This document shows, piece by piece, positions 17,821 through 25,434 of a stretch of DNA of 64,000 nt. The DNA is taken from positions 3,929 through 67,928 of the forward strand of contig CACZCD010000001.1 in the NCBI GenBank assembly GCA_902779565.1, given 5' to 3'. Made by a program: the position numbers and the translations under genes. Numbering within the stretch: position 1 is the stretch's first letter; each line of letters begins with the position of its first letter. The stretch comes from an uncultured bacterium. GTDB lineage: Bacteria > Verrucomicrobiota > Kiritimatiellia > RFP12 > UBA1067. The notes below the pieces were generated by a model, which saw only the letters and a list, made by a program, of their open reading frames with translations, was not told the DNA's origin and did not search any database.

Positions 17821-20229
17821 TCACCATCCCTTCATCACGTTTTCTGCACGGCGGATGTAGGCATCCTGTTCGGCCTTGCACATATCATTCCACCGCACGT
17901 TCCATCCGCAAATACGAACCTGTAGATTCTCGTATTTTTCGGGGTGCGCCTGGGCATCACGGAGCATCTCTGCACTGAACACGGTGAACTGGATCACGCC
18001 GCCACCGTTTCGGTGGAACATCTGAACGAGCGCACGCATGGCCGCCAGCCCCTTTTCACCCTGAACGACTGACGGATGAAGTAATACGTCAAGCGGATAG
18101 TCGCTTGGTAGCTTCTCCGCCGAAGAAGAAGCCAGGGTCGCAACGAGCGCCGTGGCACCCTCTGTATCGGCTCCCATCGTAGGAGAAAGGTTCTTCGAGA
18201 GTTCATCGCCCTTTTTGCGTCCGTCAGGTGACGCGGGCGTCTTCTTCCCGAGCTCAATGAAGCGCCGCGAGGAATGCCCGCTCGCCAGAAAGATCCCGCC
18301 ACGAGAATTGGGGATGCCATTCAGGTTGGAAGCGAATACATCGATTATCTCTGCGCCCAATGCGTTGGACTCCGGGTCGTTGTTGCCCCACTTCCGCTTT
18401 GAGCGTAGCATCCTCAGGCGCAGCGCCTCATGTCCTTCCCAATCTGATGCCATGATTTCGCCAAGTACGGCCAGCGACTTTTCACGCTTTTCATAGACAA
18501 TCTCCTTCACGGCCAGCAACGCATCCACCGAACTGCCAAGGCCTAACGCGCGCAGCGTGGTATCATTGCCGCGCGGGCACCCCGTTGCAAATCCATCCTG
18601 ACGGGTCTTCAGGGCGTAATCGGTCGCCAACGTCATGCAGATGGCGGGGTTGACCTCAGATAGGGCCTTTTCAATCTCGTACACGATCTTGCGGCTCCTT
18701 GTCGTGTTTTGGGCGACCCGTTTCATGTACTCCGACCGAAACACCTCGAATGTACCCCAATCGGCTGAAGGCGCGCCCTTCCGCGCCTCGTCCAGCATTT
18801 GCACCACAGGGAAGAGCAAGTTCAGGTTCACGGTGTCTGTCGTGTTCAGGCTGTCCGCCAAGCCAAATTCATAGCACCCGCGCACGGCCATGGTACGGCA
18901 GTCTTCGTCGCTTGCGTTTTTCCACCGCTTGAGTACCTTTGAAGCCGACTCCTCGCCAAGGAACGCCACGGAACGCCGCCGCCGCGCCATGTCGAGCAGT
19001 TTCGCCCACGCCCAATCCGGCGTGTTTCCGCCCACCTTCACGATGAACTTGGGTGAGGTGAGGTTGAGCTCATCGACGACATCAAGAATGATGCGCGAGA
19101 CCTCCCCGAATTCGCTGGAACCATCCTGTTTCGTGCCGCCCAGGCCCGCGGGCTGTGCATAGTAGTTCGCGGCGGAACCCCACTGCCAGAGGAAGTGCTT
19201 GATCTGCTCGCGGAATTCCGCCTCGGTCGTGCGCCCCACCGCAATGTCGGAAACATAGTAGGGCGCAAGGAACACATCCAGCTCCGTGAGTGAACGGCAC
19301 TGGATGCCATCGAGGTGTTCCGACCAGAAGAAATAAAGCCACACAAACATCAACATGTCGTAGGCCGTCTGCGGCGGGCCGTTCCGCAGACGCTCCAGAC
19401 AAGCAATTTCCTTTTTAAGACGATCCTTACCATTTGCAATTTTGATTCTTGAACAATTGAGGCAATTGTCATTTGTGAACAATTGCAGTTGTTTCCTCCC
19501 CTGTTCGACAAAACGATCTATTCCGACGAGCATTGCATCCATCGCGATGCGGCATGACTCGCAGAACGGATCGTCTTTCACAGCATACTTCTCCAGACGC
19601 GCCTTCATACCCGGGAATCCGAGCGCGAGGATTACGCGCCAGTCGGGAACGGAATGGTCGAAATCCCGCCACATGAGCCAACGTCCTTCGGCATTGCCGT
19701 CATGCCACTCTTTCCAGGCCCAACTCGGAAGCGTCCTGTTCACTTCGCCATGCCGATGCTTGCCAGCAGAACGGATGGGGCGATTCCAGCGATCCCACAC
19801 GGCTATTGCCGGGAACCAGTCGAAGGGCGACACATCTATAGATTGCCGCTCGATCTGGGCGGCAAAGCATTTCGCCTTCGTGACGCGCCAAGACTCATTT
19901 GCCGACTTGCCCTTGGCGACGATCACTGCCAATAGTTCCTTAAGGGCATCCGTGCCCAATCCCGTCGTCCTGTCAGTAACATCCTGACGGAATTTTCGGC
20001 GCAGATACGTGTCCATATCCGTGATGTTCGCGACATATGGATCCCACCAAGTGATGTCTTCGACACATCTACGCTTTGGCACGACTACTTCATCCCCAAC
20101 CGTGGATGGGGCGGCAACGCCCATCGACAGGACCGCCGCACAGACTGCCGATAGCAGATGCCGTATAAGACACTTGTCTTTCATTGCTCCTCCCATCACT
20201 TCTTCACCACAGGATTGGAACCAGCCCAC
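17821..20229 (-). CDS. Glycyl radical enzyme (PFL-like, dehydratase/lyase GCxE subclass), substrate unknown
   Basis: The C-terminal glycyl-radical domain ...MLRDAQAHPEKYENLQVRICGWNVRWNDMCKAEQDAYIRRAEN aligns with the GRE consensus ...LLDAQKHPEKY..L.VRVSGYSA.F..L....QDDII.R. An internal MAVRGCYEFG fits the GC[VLM]E thiyl-radical loop, and 802 aa is typical. The N-terminal ~70 aa (hydrophobic, signal-like) are probably not part of the mature enzyme; an alternative start is MDTYLRRKF. Confidence 0.75.
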   Translation of the reverse strand: MGWFQSCGEEVMGGAMKDKCLIRHLLSAVCAAVLSMGVAAPSTVGDEVVVPKRRCVEDITWWDPYVANITDMDTYLRRKFRQDVTDRTTGLGTDALKELLAVIVAKGKSANESWRVTKAKCFAAQIERQSIDVSPFDWFPAIAVWDRWNRPIRSAGKHRHGEVNRTLPSWAWKEWHDGNAEGRWLMWRDFDHSVPDWRVILALGFPGMKARLEKYAVKDDPFCESCRIAMDAMLVGIDRFVEQGRKQLQLFTNDNCLNCSRIKIANGKDRLKKEIACLERLRNGPPQTAYDMLMFVWLYFFWSEHLDGIQCRSLTELDVFLAPYYVSDIAVGRTTEAEFREQIKHFLWQWGSAANYYAQPAGLGGTKQDGSSEFGEVSRIILDVVDELNLTSPKFIVKVGGNTPDWAWAKLLDMARRRRSVAFLGEESASKVLKRWKNASDEDCRTMAVRGCYEFGLADSLNTTDTVNLNLLFPVVQMLDEARKGAPSADWGTFEVFRSEYMKRVAQNTTRSRKIVYEIEKALSEVNPAICMTLATDYALKTRQDGFATGCPRGNDTTLRALGLGSSVDALLAVKEIVYEKREKSLAVLGEIMASDWEGHEALRLRMLRSKRKWGNNDPESNALGAEIIDVFASNLNGIPNSRGGIFLASGHSSRRFIELGKKTPASPDGRKKGDELSKNLSPTMGADTEGATALVATLASSSAEKLPSDYPLDVLLHPSVVQGEKGLAAMRALVQMFHRNGGGVIQFTVFSAEMLRDAQAHPEKYENLQVRICGWNVRWNDMCKAEQDAYIRRAENVMKGW

Positions 20230-20511
20230 TATAGCCCTGAACAGCTATGCCAGCGATGGTCAGGCATACCCAACAGAGCATTTTAGTTTTGAATGCGTTT
20301 CTTGTCGCCATTAAATCAGATCTCTTGTTTCGCGTTCTTGAGCTAGTAGTTCTCATTGGTTTGCATGGTCTCATATTCGCGAAGAAAAATCTTGTAAAAA
20401 CAAAACGAAAATATGTATTATCAGCTCATGCGGAAATGAGCCGTACATTGGCACGGACGCGACAAGCGCGCCCAGTTTAAAGTTTAGCGTTTAGGGTTGA
20501 ACTTTAAAACT

Positions 20512-21585
20512 TCAGACTTTCAACTCCGATCCTGAGTCGCCGTCTCGTATGTATTTTACGCTACGCCCCTCTCCAACCTTGCGGACAGCACCGTTCTTGA
20601 CAAGCGAGCCAAGCACGGCTTCAACGGTCGTGGGGCTTACGTCTGGCAATGCACGGCAGATGTCGACCTTTGAGATAGGCGTCAGCGCATTGAGGACGAT
20701 GCTTTTGATCCGGGCCGACTTCGTTACGCGGCCCGTGCTCACTACGGCAAAGCGCCGGTCTAGTTCCTCGTAGCATCCATAAAGCGTCATCAGAAAATTG
20801 ACCATGAACGGGAACGGGCTGTTTTCGTTTGTCTGCCATCCTGCCGACGAATCGCGAAGTGCCGCATAATAGGCGGCCTTGTCTGCGTTGATGCGCTGCT
20901 CGAATGAAATGTACTTGCCGGCGTCGAAACCGTTCCTGTAGAGAAGCAGCAGCGTCAGCAGACGGCTCATGCGTCCGTTGCCGTCGGGGAACGGATGGAT
21001 GCAAAGGAAGTCAAGTATCACGCAAGGAATCAACAGCATCTTGTTTATCTCGACGTCGTCACGGGCCTCCATGTATGCGAGGACAAGCTGCTTCATCGCC
21101 TCCGGCGTCTCCTCCGCGCTTGCAGGGGAAAATCGCACCACGCGCCGGCCGTCTGACATGCGCTCGGCAATCACGTTATCCTCATGCTTGTATCCTGGCT
21201 CCACATCTGACGCCACATAGCGGAGCAGCATTCCGTAGAATCCAATGATGTCTGATTCGGTGAAGTCATGTAGCCGGTAGTTCAGGTGGATTTCGTTCAG
21301 GGCATCACGATAGCCGGAAATCTCCGCTTCAGTATGGTTCATGGGGGATGTCCCCTCCTGCATCAGCTCGGCAAGTCGAGCATCGGTGGTGACAATCCCT
21401 TCAATCGCGTTCGATGCCTTGACGGACTCGATCTTCGCTATGCGCTCCAGCTCCGAATATGCGTGCATAAACCTAACTTTGCGTTCAGCCGACAGCACAC
21501 GAAGAGCTGCGATGCTGCTCGTCAAGTTCACCAGTTTTGCCGGCAGCAAGTCGTTTTTCAGGTACGAATAGTCAAAGATGTGCAT
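20512..21585 (-). CDS. Fic/DOC family protein (AMPylator-type)
   Basis: Canonical Fic motif HPFPDGNGRMSRLLTLLLL. Start chosen at MHIFDYSYL (21585), preceded by AAGGAG. It lies in locally AT-rich DNA. Confidence 0.85.
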   Translation of the reverse strand: MHIFDYSYLKNDLLPAKLVNLTSSIAALRVLSAERKVRFMHAYSELERIAKIESVKASNAIEGIVTTDARLAELMQEGTSPMNHTEAEISGYRDALNEIHLNYRLHDFTESDIIGFYGMLLRYVASDVEPGYKHEDNVIAERMSDGRRVVRFSPASAEETPEAMKQLVLAYMEARDDVEINKMLLIPCVILDFLCIHPFPDGNGRMSRLLTLLLLYRNGFDAGKYISFEQRINADKAAYYAALRDSSAGWQTNENSPFPFMVNFLMTLYGCYEELDRRFAVVSTGRVTKSARIKSIVLNALTPISKVDICRALPDVSPTTVEAVLGSLVKNGAVRKVGEGRSVKYIRDGDSGSELKV

Positions 21586-21710
21586 AGTTTCTCCTTTTGT
21601 GAATAATATTATACCACCTTTTATGCACAAAAACAACAGCTCATGCATAAACATCTTATCTTTAATATGCAGATATGATGCTATACACGGGGAAACACAT
21701 AATTGACCTC

Positions 21711-21739
21711 ATTGCATCACGCCCCAAAATAGTGTATAA
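21711..21739 (+). promoter_or_regulatory. Sigma-70-type promoter for the AraC-family gene: -35 TTGCAT, 17-bp spacer with TG extension, -10 TATAAT
   Basis: ttgcat cacgccccaaaatagtg tataat at 21711-21739, about 55 bp upstream of the ATG at 21793, in an AT-rich divergent intergenic region. Confidence 0.45.
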
Positions 21740-21792
21740 TTGGCGCATCTTTCATAAGGCCGTACAATCCATCGGAAGGAGGGGAGCAAGCA

Positions 21793-22584
21793 ATGACACT
21801 ACGCGAAAGGAAGAAACTGCAACGCGACTTCTTTGAAGCCGCCGGCCCGAACACGGCCGCGTTCCGTGCACTGATTGATACGATTCCCGATGCGTGCTTC
21901 TACATGAAGGACTTGAACTGCCGCATCATGGCGCTCAACAAACGCAACTGCGAAGTGTGCAACATCAAAAACGAGCTGGATGTGGTGGGGATGCGTTCGG
22001 ACGAAGTTTTCACCCCTGCCGACGCCGAAAGCTTCATGGAACTCGACCTCGAAGTGCAAAGAACCAGAAAGCCAGCACTGAATCGCGTCGAAACGCATCC
22101 TGCCGACAAGTCACCAGGATTCACAATCGCCAGCGTCTATCCGGTCAAGAACAGATTTGGCGACATAATCGGCACCATGCGCCTGTACAGGGTATTCACG
22201 TCACACGACAATATGCCCGAATGGCATGGGCGGATGAAAGCCGTGGTAGCCTACATACAGGAACACTATGCGGAAGAAATCTCCCTTGATGAGCTGGCCA
22301 AGCTGACGGGCAGCTCGGTAAGCCAGTTCAAGCGCATCTTCACGAAGACGCTTGAGATGTCGCCCGGAAGATATATCGTCAACACCCGGATCAACGCCGC
22401 CCGCAAGCTACTGGAGACCACAGACAAGCTCGTCTCTGACATCGCGCAGGAAGTCGGCTTCTATGACCAAAGTCACATGACGCGGGCGTTCAAGACGATT
22501 CGCAGCACCACGCCCGGCGAATACCGCCGCAAGCACCGCTCCATTACGGCCAACAACTCATCCGCACCCAAACGCAAATCCTAA
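21793..22584 (+). CDS. AraC family transcriptional regulator with N-terminal PAS-like sensor domain
   Basis: C-terminal ...YIQEHYAEEISLDELAKLTGSSVSQFKRIFTKTLEMSPGRYIVNTRINAARKLLETTDKLVSDIAQEVGFYDQSHMTRAFK is a canonical AraC dual HTH. Confidence 0.8.
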   Translation: MTLRERKKLQRDFFEAAGPNTAAFRALIDTIPDACFYMKDLNCRIMALNKRNCEVCNIKNELDVVGMRSDEVFTPADAESFMELDLEVQRTRKPALNRVETHPADKSPGFTIASVYPVKNRFGDIIGTMRLYRVFTSHDNMPEWHGRMKAVVAYIQEHYAEEISLDELAKLTGSSVSQFKRIFTKTLEMSPGRYIVNTRINAARKLLETTDKLVSDIAQEVGFYDQSHMTRAFKTIRSTTPGEYRRKHRSITANNSSAPKRKS

Positions 22585-22611
22585 CCGCCCCACCCAATCC
22601 CCCACAGCCTT

Positions 22612-22735
22612 CCAACGGACAGAACACGGACAAGTTACGGACTTGCGACGGACAGCCGCTCCGCACACATAAACGGACTCGGGACGGACTGAAAACGGAC
22701 AGGCGCTCGCAGGGCGACCGCCCTGCCTCGGACAA
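22612..22735 (+). repeat. Array R2 block A: about 9 copies of ACGGAC phased at ~11 bp
   Basis: caacggacaga acacggacaag ttacggacttg cgacggacagc ... aaacggactcg ggacggactga aaacggacagg. Confidence 0.8.
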
Positions 22736-22936
22736 TCAGCCAGCGAAACCACACAATCCCCAACCACCCTCAACCGTCGCCCCGCACCCCGCGACCACTG
22801 CGTGGCTCGGCCTTCGACCTCGAATGATATCCCTGCGCAATCCCCCGCAGTTCCTCCAATCCACCACTCCTCCAATCACCCAATCCTCACACCCCACCCA
22901 CTCCACACCCGCAGAGCCAGCCTTGAACACCCTAAA

Positions 22937-22975
22937 CGATGTTCATGGTTTATAAACTCTGAACATCGGTTTTTT
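22937..22975 (+). terminator. Near-perfect 32-bp palindrome CGATGTTCAtggTTTATAAActcTGAACATCG followed by GTTTTTTG. It could be a plus-strand intrinsic terminator or a dimeric-TF operator.
   Basis: 9-bp perfect stem, 14-nt loop that is itself palindromic (GTTTATAAAC), and a T-run immediately 3' on the plus strand. It lies in the R2 core about 350 bp downstream of the AraC gene. Confidence 0.3.
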
Positions 22976-23004
22976 GCTGCACACGTATTTGCAACGTGAT
23001 TACC

Positions 23005-23290
23005 GAAGACATCCAACGGGCTTCTGACGGACACACCACGGACAGGTTACGGTCTTGCCAAGGACATCTGACGGACGGCACACGGACACACTACGGACAA
23101 GTTACGGACTGGCCACGGACGCGCAACAGACTTCATACGGGCTTAGAACGGACGAGCCACGGACAAAATACGGGCGGAACACGGACTAAAACGGACTTCT
23201 GATGGACAGCATACGGACGGATCACGGGCTACAAACGGACGCGGCCACGGACTGGCAACAAACACAAGCACAAGCGCCTTTCCCGCGGCG
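23005..23290 (+). repeat. Array R2 block B: about 22 copies of ACGGAC (variants ACGGGC, ATGGAC) phased at ~11 bp. The terminal ~60 bp is the inverted duplicate of the R1 start.
   Basis: ctgacggacac accacggacag gttacggtctt ... ctacggacaag ttacggactgg ccacggacgcg ... aaacggacgcggccacggactggcaacaaacacaagcacaagcgcc. Confidence 0.85.
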
Positions 23291-23308
23291 GGGATGTGTG
23301 CGCGCATT

Positions 23309-23758
23309 TTACGGCAGGGCGGCACCCACGAGACGCGAGGCCAGCTTACCGTCGGCCTGACCCTTGACGCGGGCCATGACCTCTTTCATCACGCGACCCA
23401 TATCCTTCTTGGACGTTGCGCCCAGTTCGGCCACCGTCGCCTTGACCACGGCGGCGACCTCGTCCTCGGAAAGCTGCGCAGGAAGGTACTGGCGCAGGAA
23501 CTCCAGCTCCGCCTTCTCCCCCTCCGCCAGGTCGGCACGTCCGGCCGCCGCGAACTGCGCAATCGACTCCTCGCGCTGCTTCACGCCCTTTGCCACCACG
23601 GAGAGGACGGCATCGTCCGTCATCTCCTTGCCGGCGTTCACCGTGAGATCCTTCGCCTTGGCCACCACACCGCGGATCGCGTTGACGGCCTTCATGTCAT
23701 GGGCCTTCATCGCGGTCTTCATGTCCGCCATCAGTTTATCGTAAAGTGCACTTGCCAT
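23309..23758 (-). CDS. GatB/YqeY domain-containing protein
   Basis: 149 aa, MASALYDKLMADMKTAMKAHDMKAVNAIRGVVAKAKDL...ELEFLRQYLPAQLSEDE, a typical YqeY family sequence. Confidence 0.7.
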   Translation of the reverse strand: MASALYDKLMADMKTAMKAHDMKAVNAIRGVVAKAKDLTVNAGKEMTDDAVLSVVAKGVKQREESIAQFAAAGRADLAEGEKAELEFLRQYLPAQLSEDEVAAVVKATVAELGATSKKDMGRVMKEVMARVKGQADGKLASRLVGAALP

Positions 23759-23786
23759 CTTTTGTCCTCCTTTTGAACGGCCGCGC

Positions 23787-25346
23787 TCAGTCGCCGATGT
23801 GGAAGGCGCCGAGCGGGAGATTGACGTCGTTGTAGATCGAGCCGAACCACGGCGACGAATACAGGTAGCGGAGCTTCTTCGGCTCCTTCACGCCCGGTGC
23901 GGAGACGGCGATCCGGGGGCCGTCCAACGTGCCGTGGTACACGGGTTTCCCGTCGCGCTTCGAGGCGACGGCGTTCTGGATCTTCGCCGGCACGAACTTC
24001 CCGTCGGCACCCGCGATCTCGAAGCCGTTCGAAAGCGAACGGTCGGCGTTGTACACGTAGAGACCCTTCGCATGGTTGAACTCCATCACGAACTTGTCGC
24101 CTTCGATCTTCCAGCTCTTGAGCGTCGGCGACTCGTCCTCAATGTCCGTAAAGCCATAGTCACGCTTGAGGGCATGGAGCGCCAGGCGCTTGGCGACAAG
24201 TTCCTTCTCGTTCGGGTGGATATCGCGCAGATTGCCGAGGTCGTTGATGACGGCCATCGCCGCGTTCTTCTCCTCGGCGACGAACTTCGCCTGCGCCTGC
24301 TGGATGTACGGGATGATGTCGGTGCCCCACGGCGCGAGCTGCACGAAGTAGAGCTTGAGATCGGGATTCTCGAAGCACTTCGACCAGCCGTTGTACAGCG
24401 CGTGCATGATGGTATCGTAGCGCGCATAGTCCTTGGCGTTGCTGCAGCCCTGATACCAGATGAAACCGCGCATCGCGAACGGCGTCCACGGTGCCACCAT
24501 CTCGTTCCAGAGCGCCATCGGCTGATCACGGAACGTCTGACGCGAATAGCCAAGTTCCTTCATCCGCTCCGGCTTGAAGTTGGCGACCTCCGGCTGGTAG
24601 GCCGCCTCCTTTTCGCATCCCTTCGTCGCGGCAAAGCCCTCACGCGGCGTCCACGGTTCGGCGCGCGTGCCGCCCCAGTAGCTACCGACGATGCCCACGG
24701 GGATCTCCAAGGCCGCATAGAGCTCCAGCGCATAGTACACGCCCATCGCGGAGAAGCTCGGTGGTTTCGCGAGGTTCTCCGGCGTGAACGCCTTCCATGC
24801 GACCGGATAGTCGGCCTTCGCCTTCGGCGCCGCCGCAGCCTTATAGTTGGAGCAGTAGGCGAACCGTATGAACGGGCGGTGCGTCACCTGCGCCACCATC
24901 GCCCCCTGACGGTCGCGGAAGCGCGGGCTGCCGCCAACGAGCGGAAACTCCGTGTTGGACTGTCCACAGCAGTACCACACCTCGCCCACGAGAACATCCT
25001 TGACCTCCACGATGTCGTCGTCGGGGATGGAGGCGAAGAGCCCCCACAGGTTCGTCCACCGTGCATTCTCGTCGTTCCAGGCGCTCACCTTGAGCGTACG
25101 CCCTTCCTTCGAAGTCTCTAACGGCGCAAGATCCACACGCCATTTGCCGGTGGCGTCCGCCTTCGCCGTGCGCGTCTGCCCGGCGAATTCCACCGTCACC
25201 TCTTCGCCGGCATCCGCCCAGCCCCACACCGGCACGTTCATGCCACGCTGAAGCACCATGCCATCCGCAAACGGGGTGCCGAGCTTCAGTCCCGCCTGCG
25301 CCGCCAGCGCCGCCAACGCCGCCGATACAATCATGAGTTTTTTCAT
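23787..25346 (-). CDS. Secreted sialate O-acetylesterase-like (SGNH/DUF303) hydrolase
   Basis: Signal peptide; LVGEVWYCCGQSNTEF matches the conserved GDVWLCSGQSNMEF block of sialic acid 9-O-acetylesterases; GSYWGG... Confidence 0.7.
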   Translation of the reverse strand: MKKLMIVSAALAALAAQAGLKLGTPFADGMVLQRGMNVPVWGWADAGEEVTVEFAGQTRTAKADATGKWRVDLAPLETSKEGRTLKVSAWNDENARWTNLWGLFASIPDDDIVEVKDVLVGEVWYCCGQSNTEFPLVGGSPRFRDRQGAMVAQVTHRPFIRFAYCSNYKAAAAPKAKADYPVAWKAFTPENLAKPPSFSAMGVYYALELYAALEIPVGIVGSYWGGTRAEPWTPREGFAATKGCEKEAAYQPEVANFKPERMKELGYSRQTFRDQPMALWNEMVAPWTPFAMRGFIWYQGCSNAKDYARYDTIMHALYNGWSKCFENPDLKLYFVQLAPWGTDIIPYIQQAQAKFVAEEKNAAMAVINDLGNLRDIHPNEKELVAKRLALHALKRDYGFTDIEDESPTLKSWKIEGDKFVMEFNHAKGLYVYNADRSLSNGFEIAGADGKFVPAKIQNAVASKRDGKPVYHGTLDGPRIAVSAPGVKEPKKLRYLYSSPWFGSIYNDVNLPLGAFHIGD

Positions 25347-25360
25347 GTTAATCCTTTTTT

Positions 25361-25430
25361 AGTTGATAGTTGATAATTGATGATTGGTGGTCTAGTCTCA
25401 ACCTTTCCACTTTTCCACCTTCCCACTTTT
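25361..25430. repeat. Tandem-repeat hairpin element copy 2, in the 5'UTR of the esterase gene
   Basis: Plus strand: agttgatagttgataattgatgattggtgg ... ctcaacctttccacttttccaccttcccactttt. The arrangement is the same as copy 1, with the CA-rich arm ending 8 nt before the AAAAAAGGA RBS on the mRNA. Confidence 0.8.
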
Positions 25431-25434
25431 AACT

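Noticed and set aside
22937-22968. LexA/SOS box (TGTTC...GAACA)
   Set aside because: The half-sites are separated by 14 bp rather than the 4 bp expected for the Verrucomicrobia-type LexA motif, and no SOS gene is adjacent. It is better described as a generic palindrome or terminator.
22596-23290. CRISPR array
   Set aside because: The units are 6-bp motifs at ~11-bp phase with non-uniform spacers. There are no 25-40 bp repeats separated by unique 30-40 bp spacers, and no cas genes.
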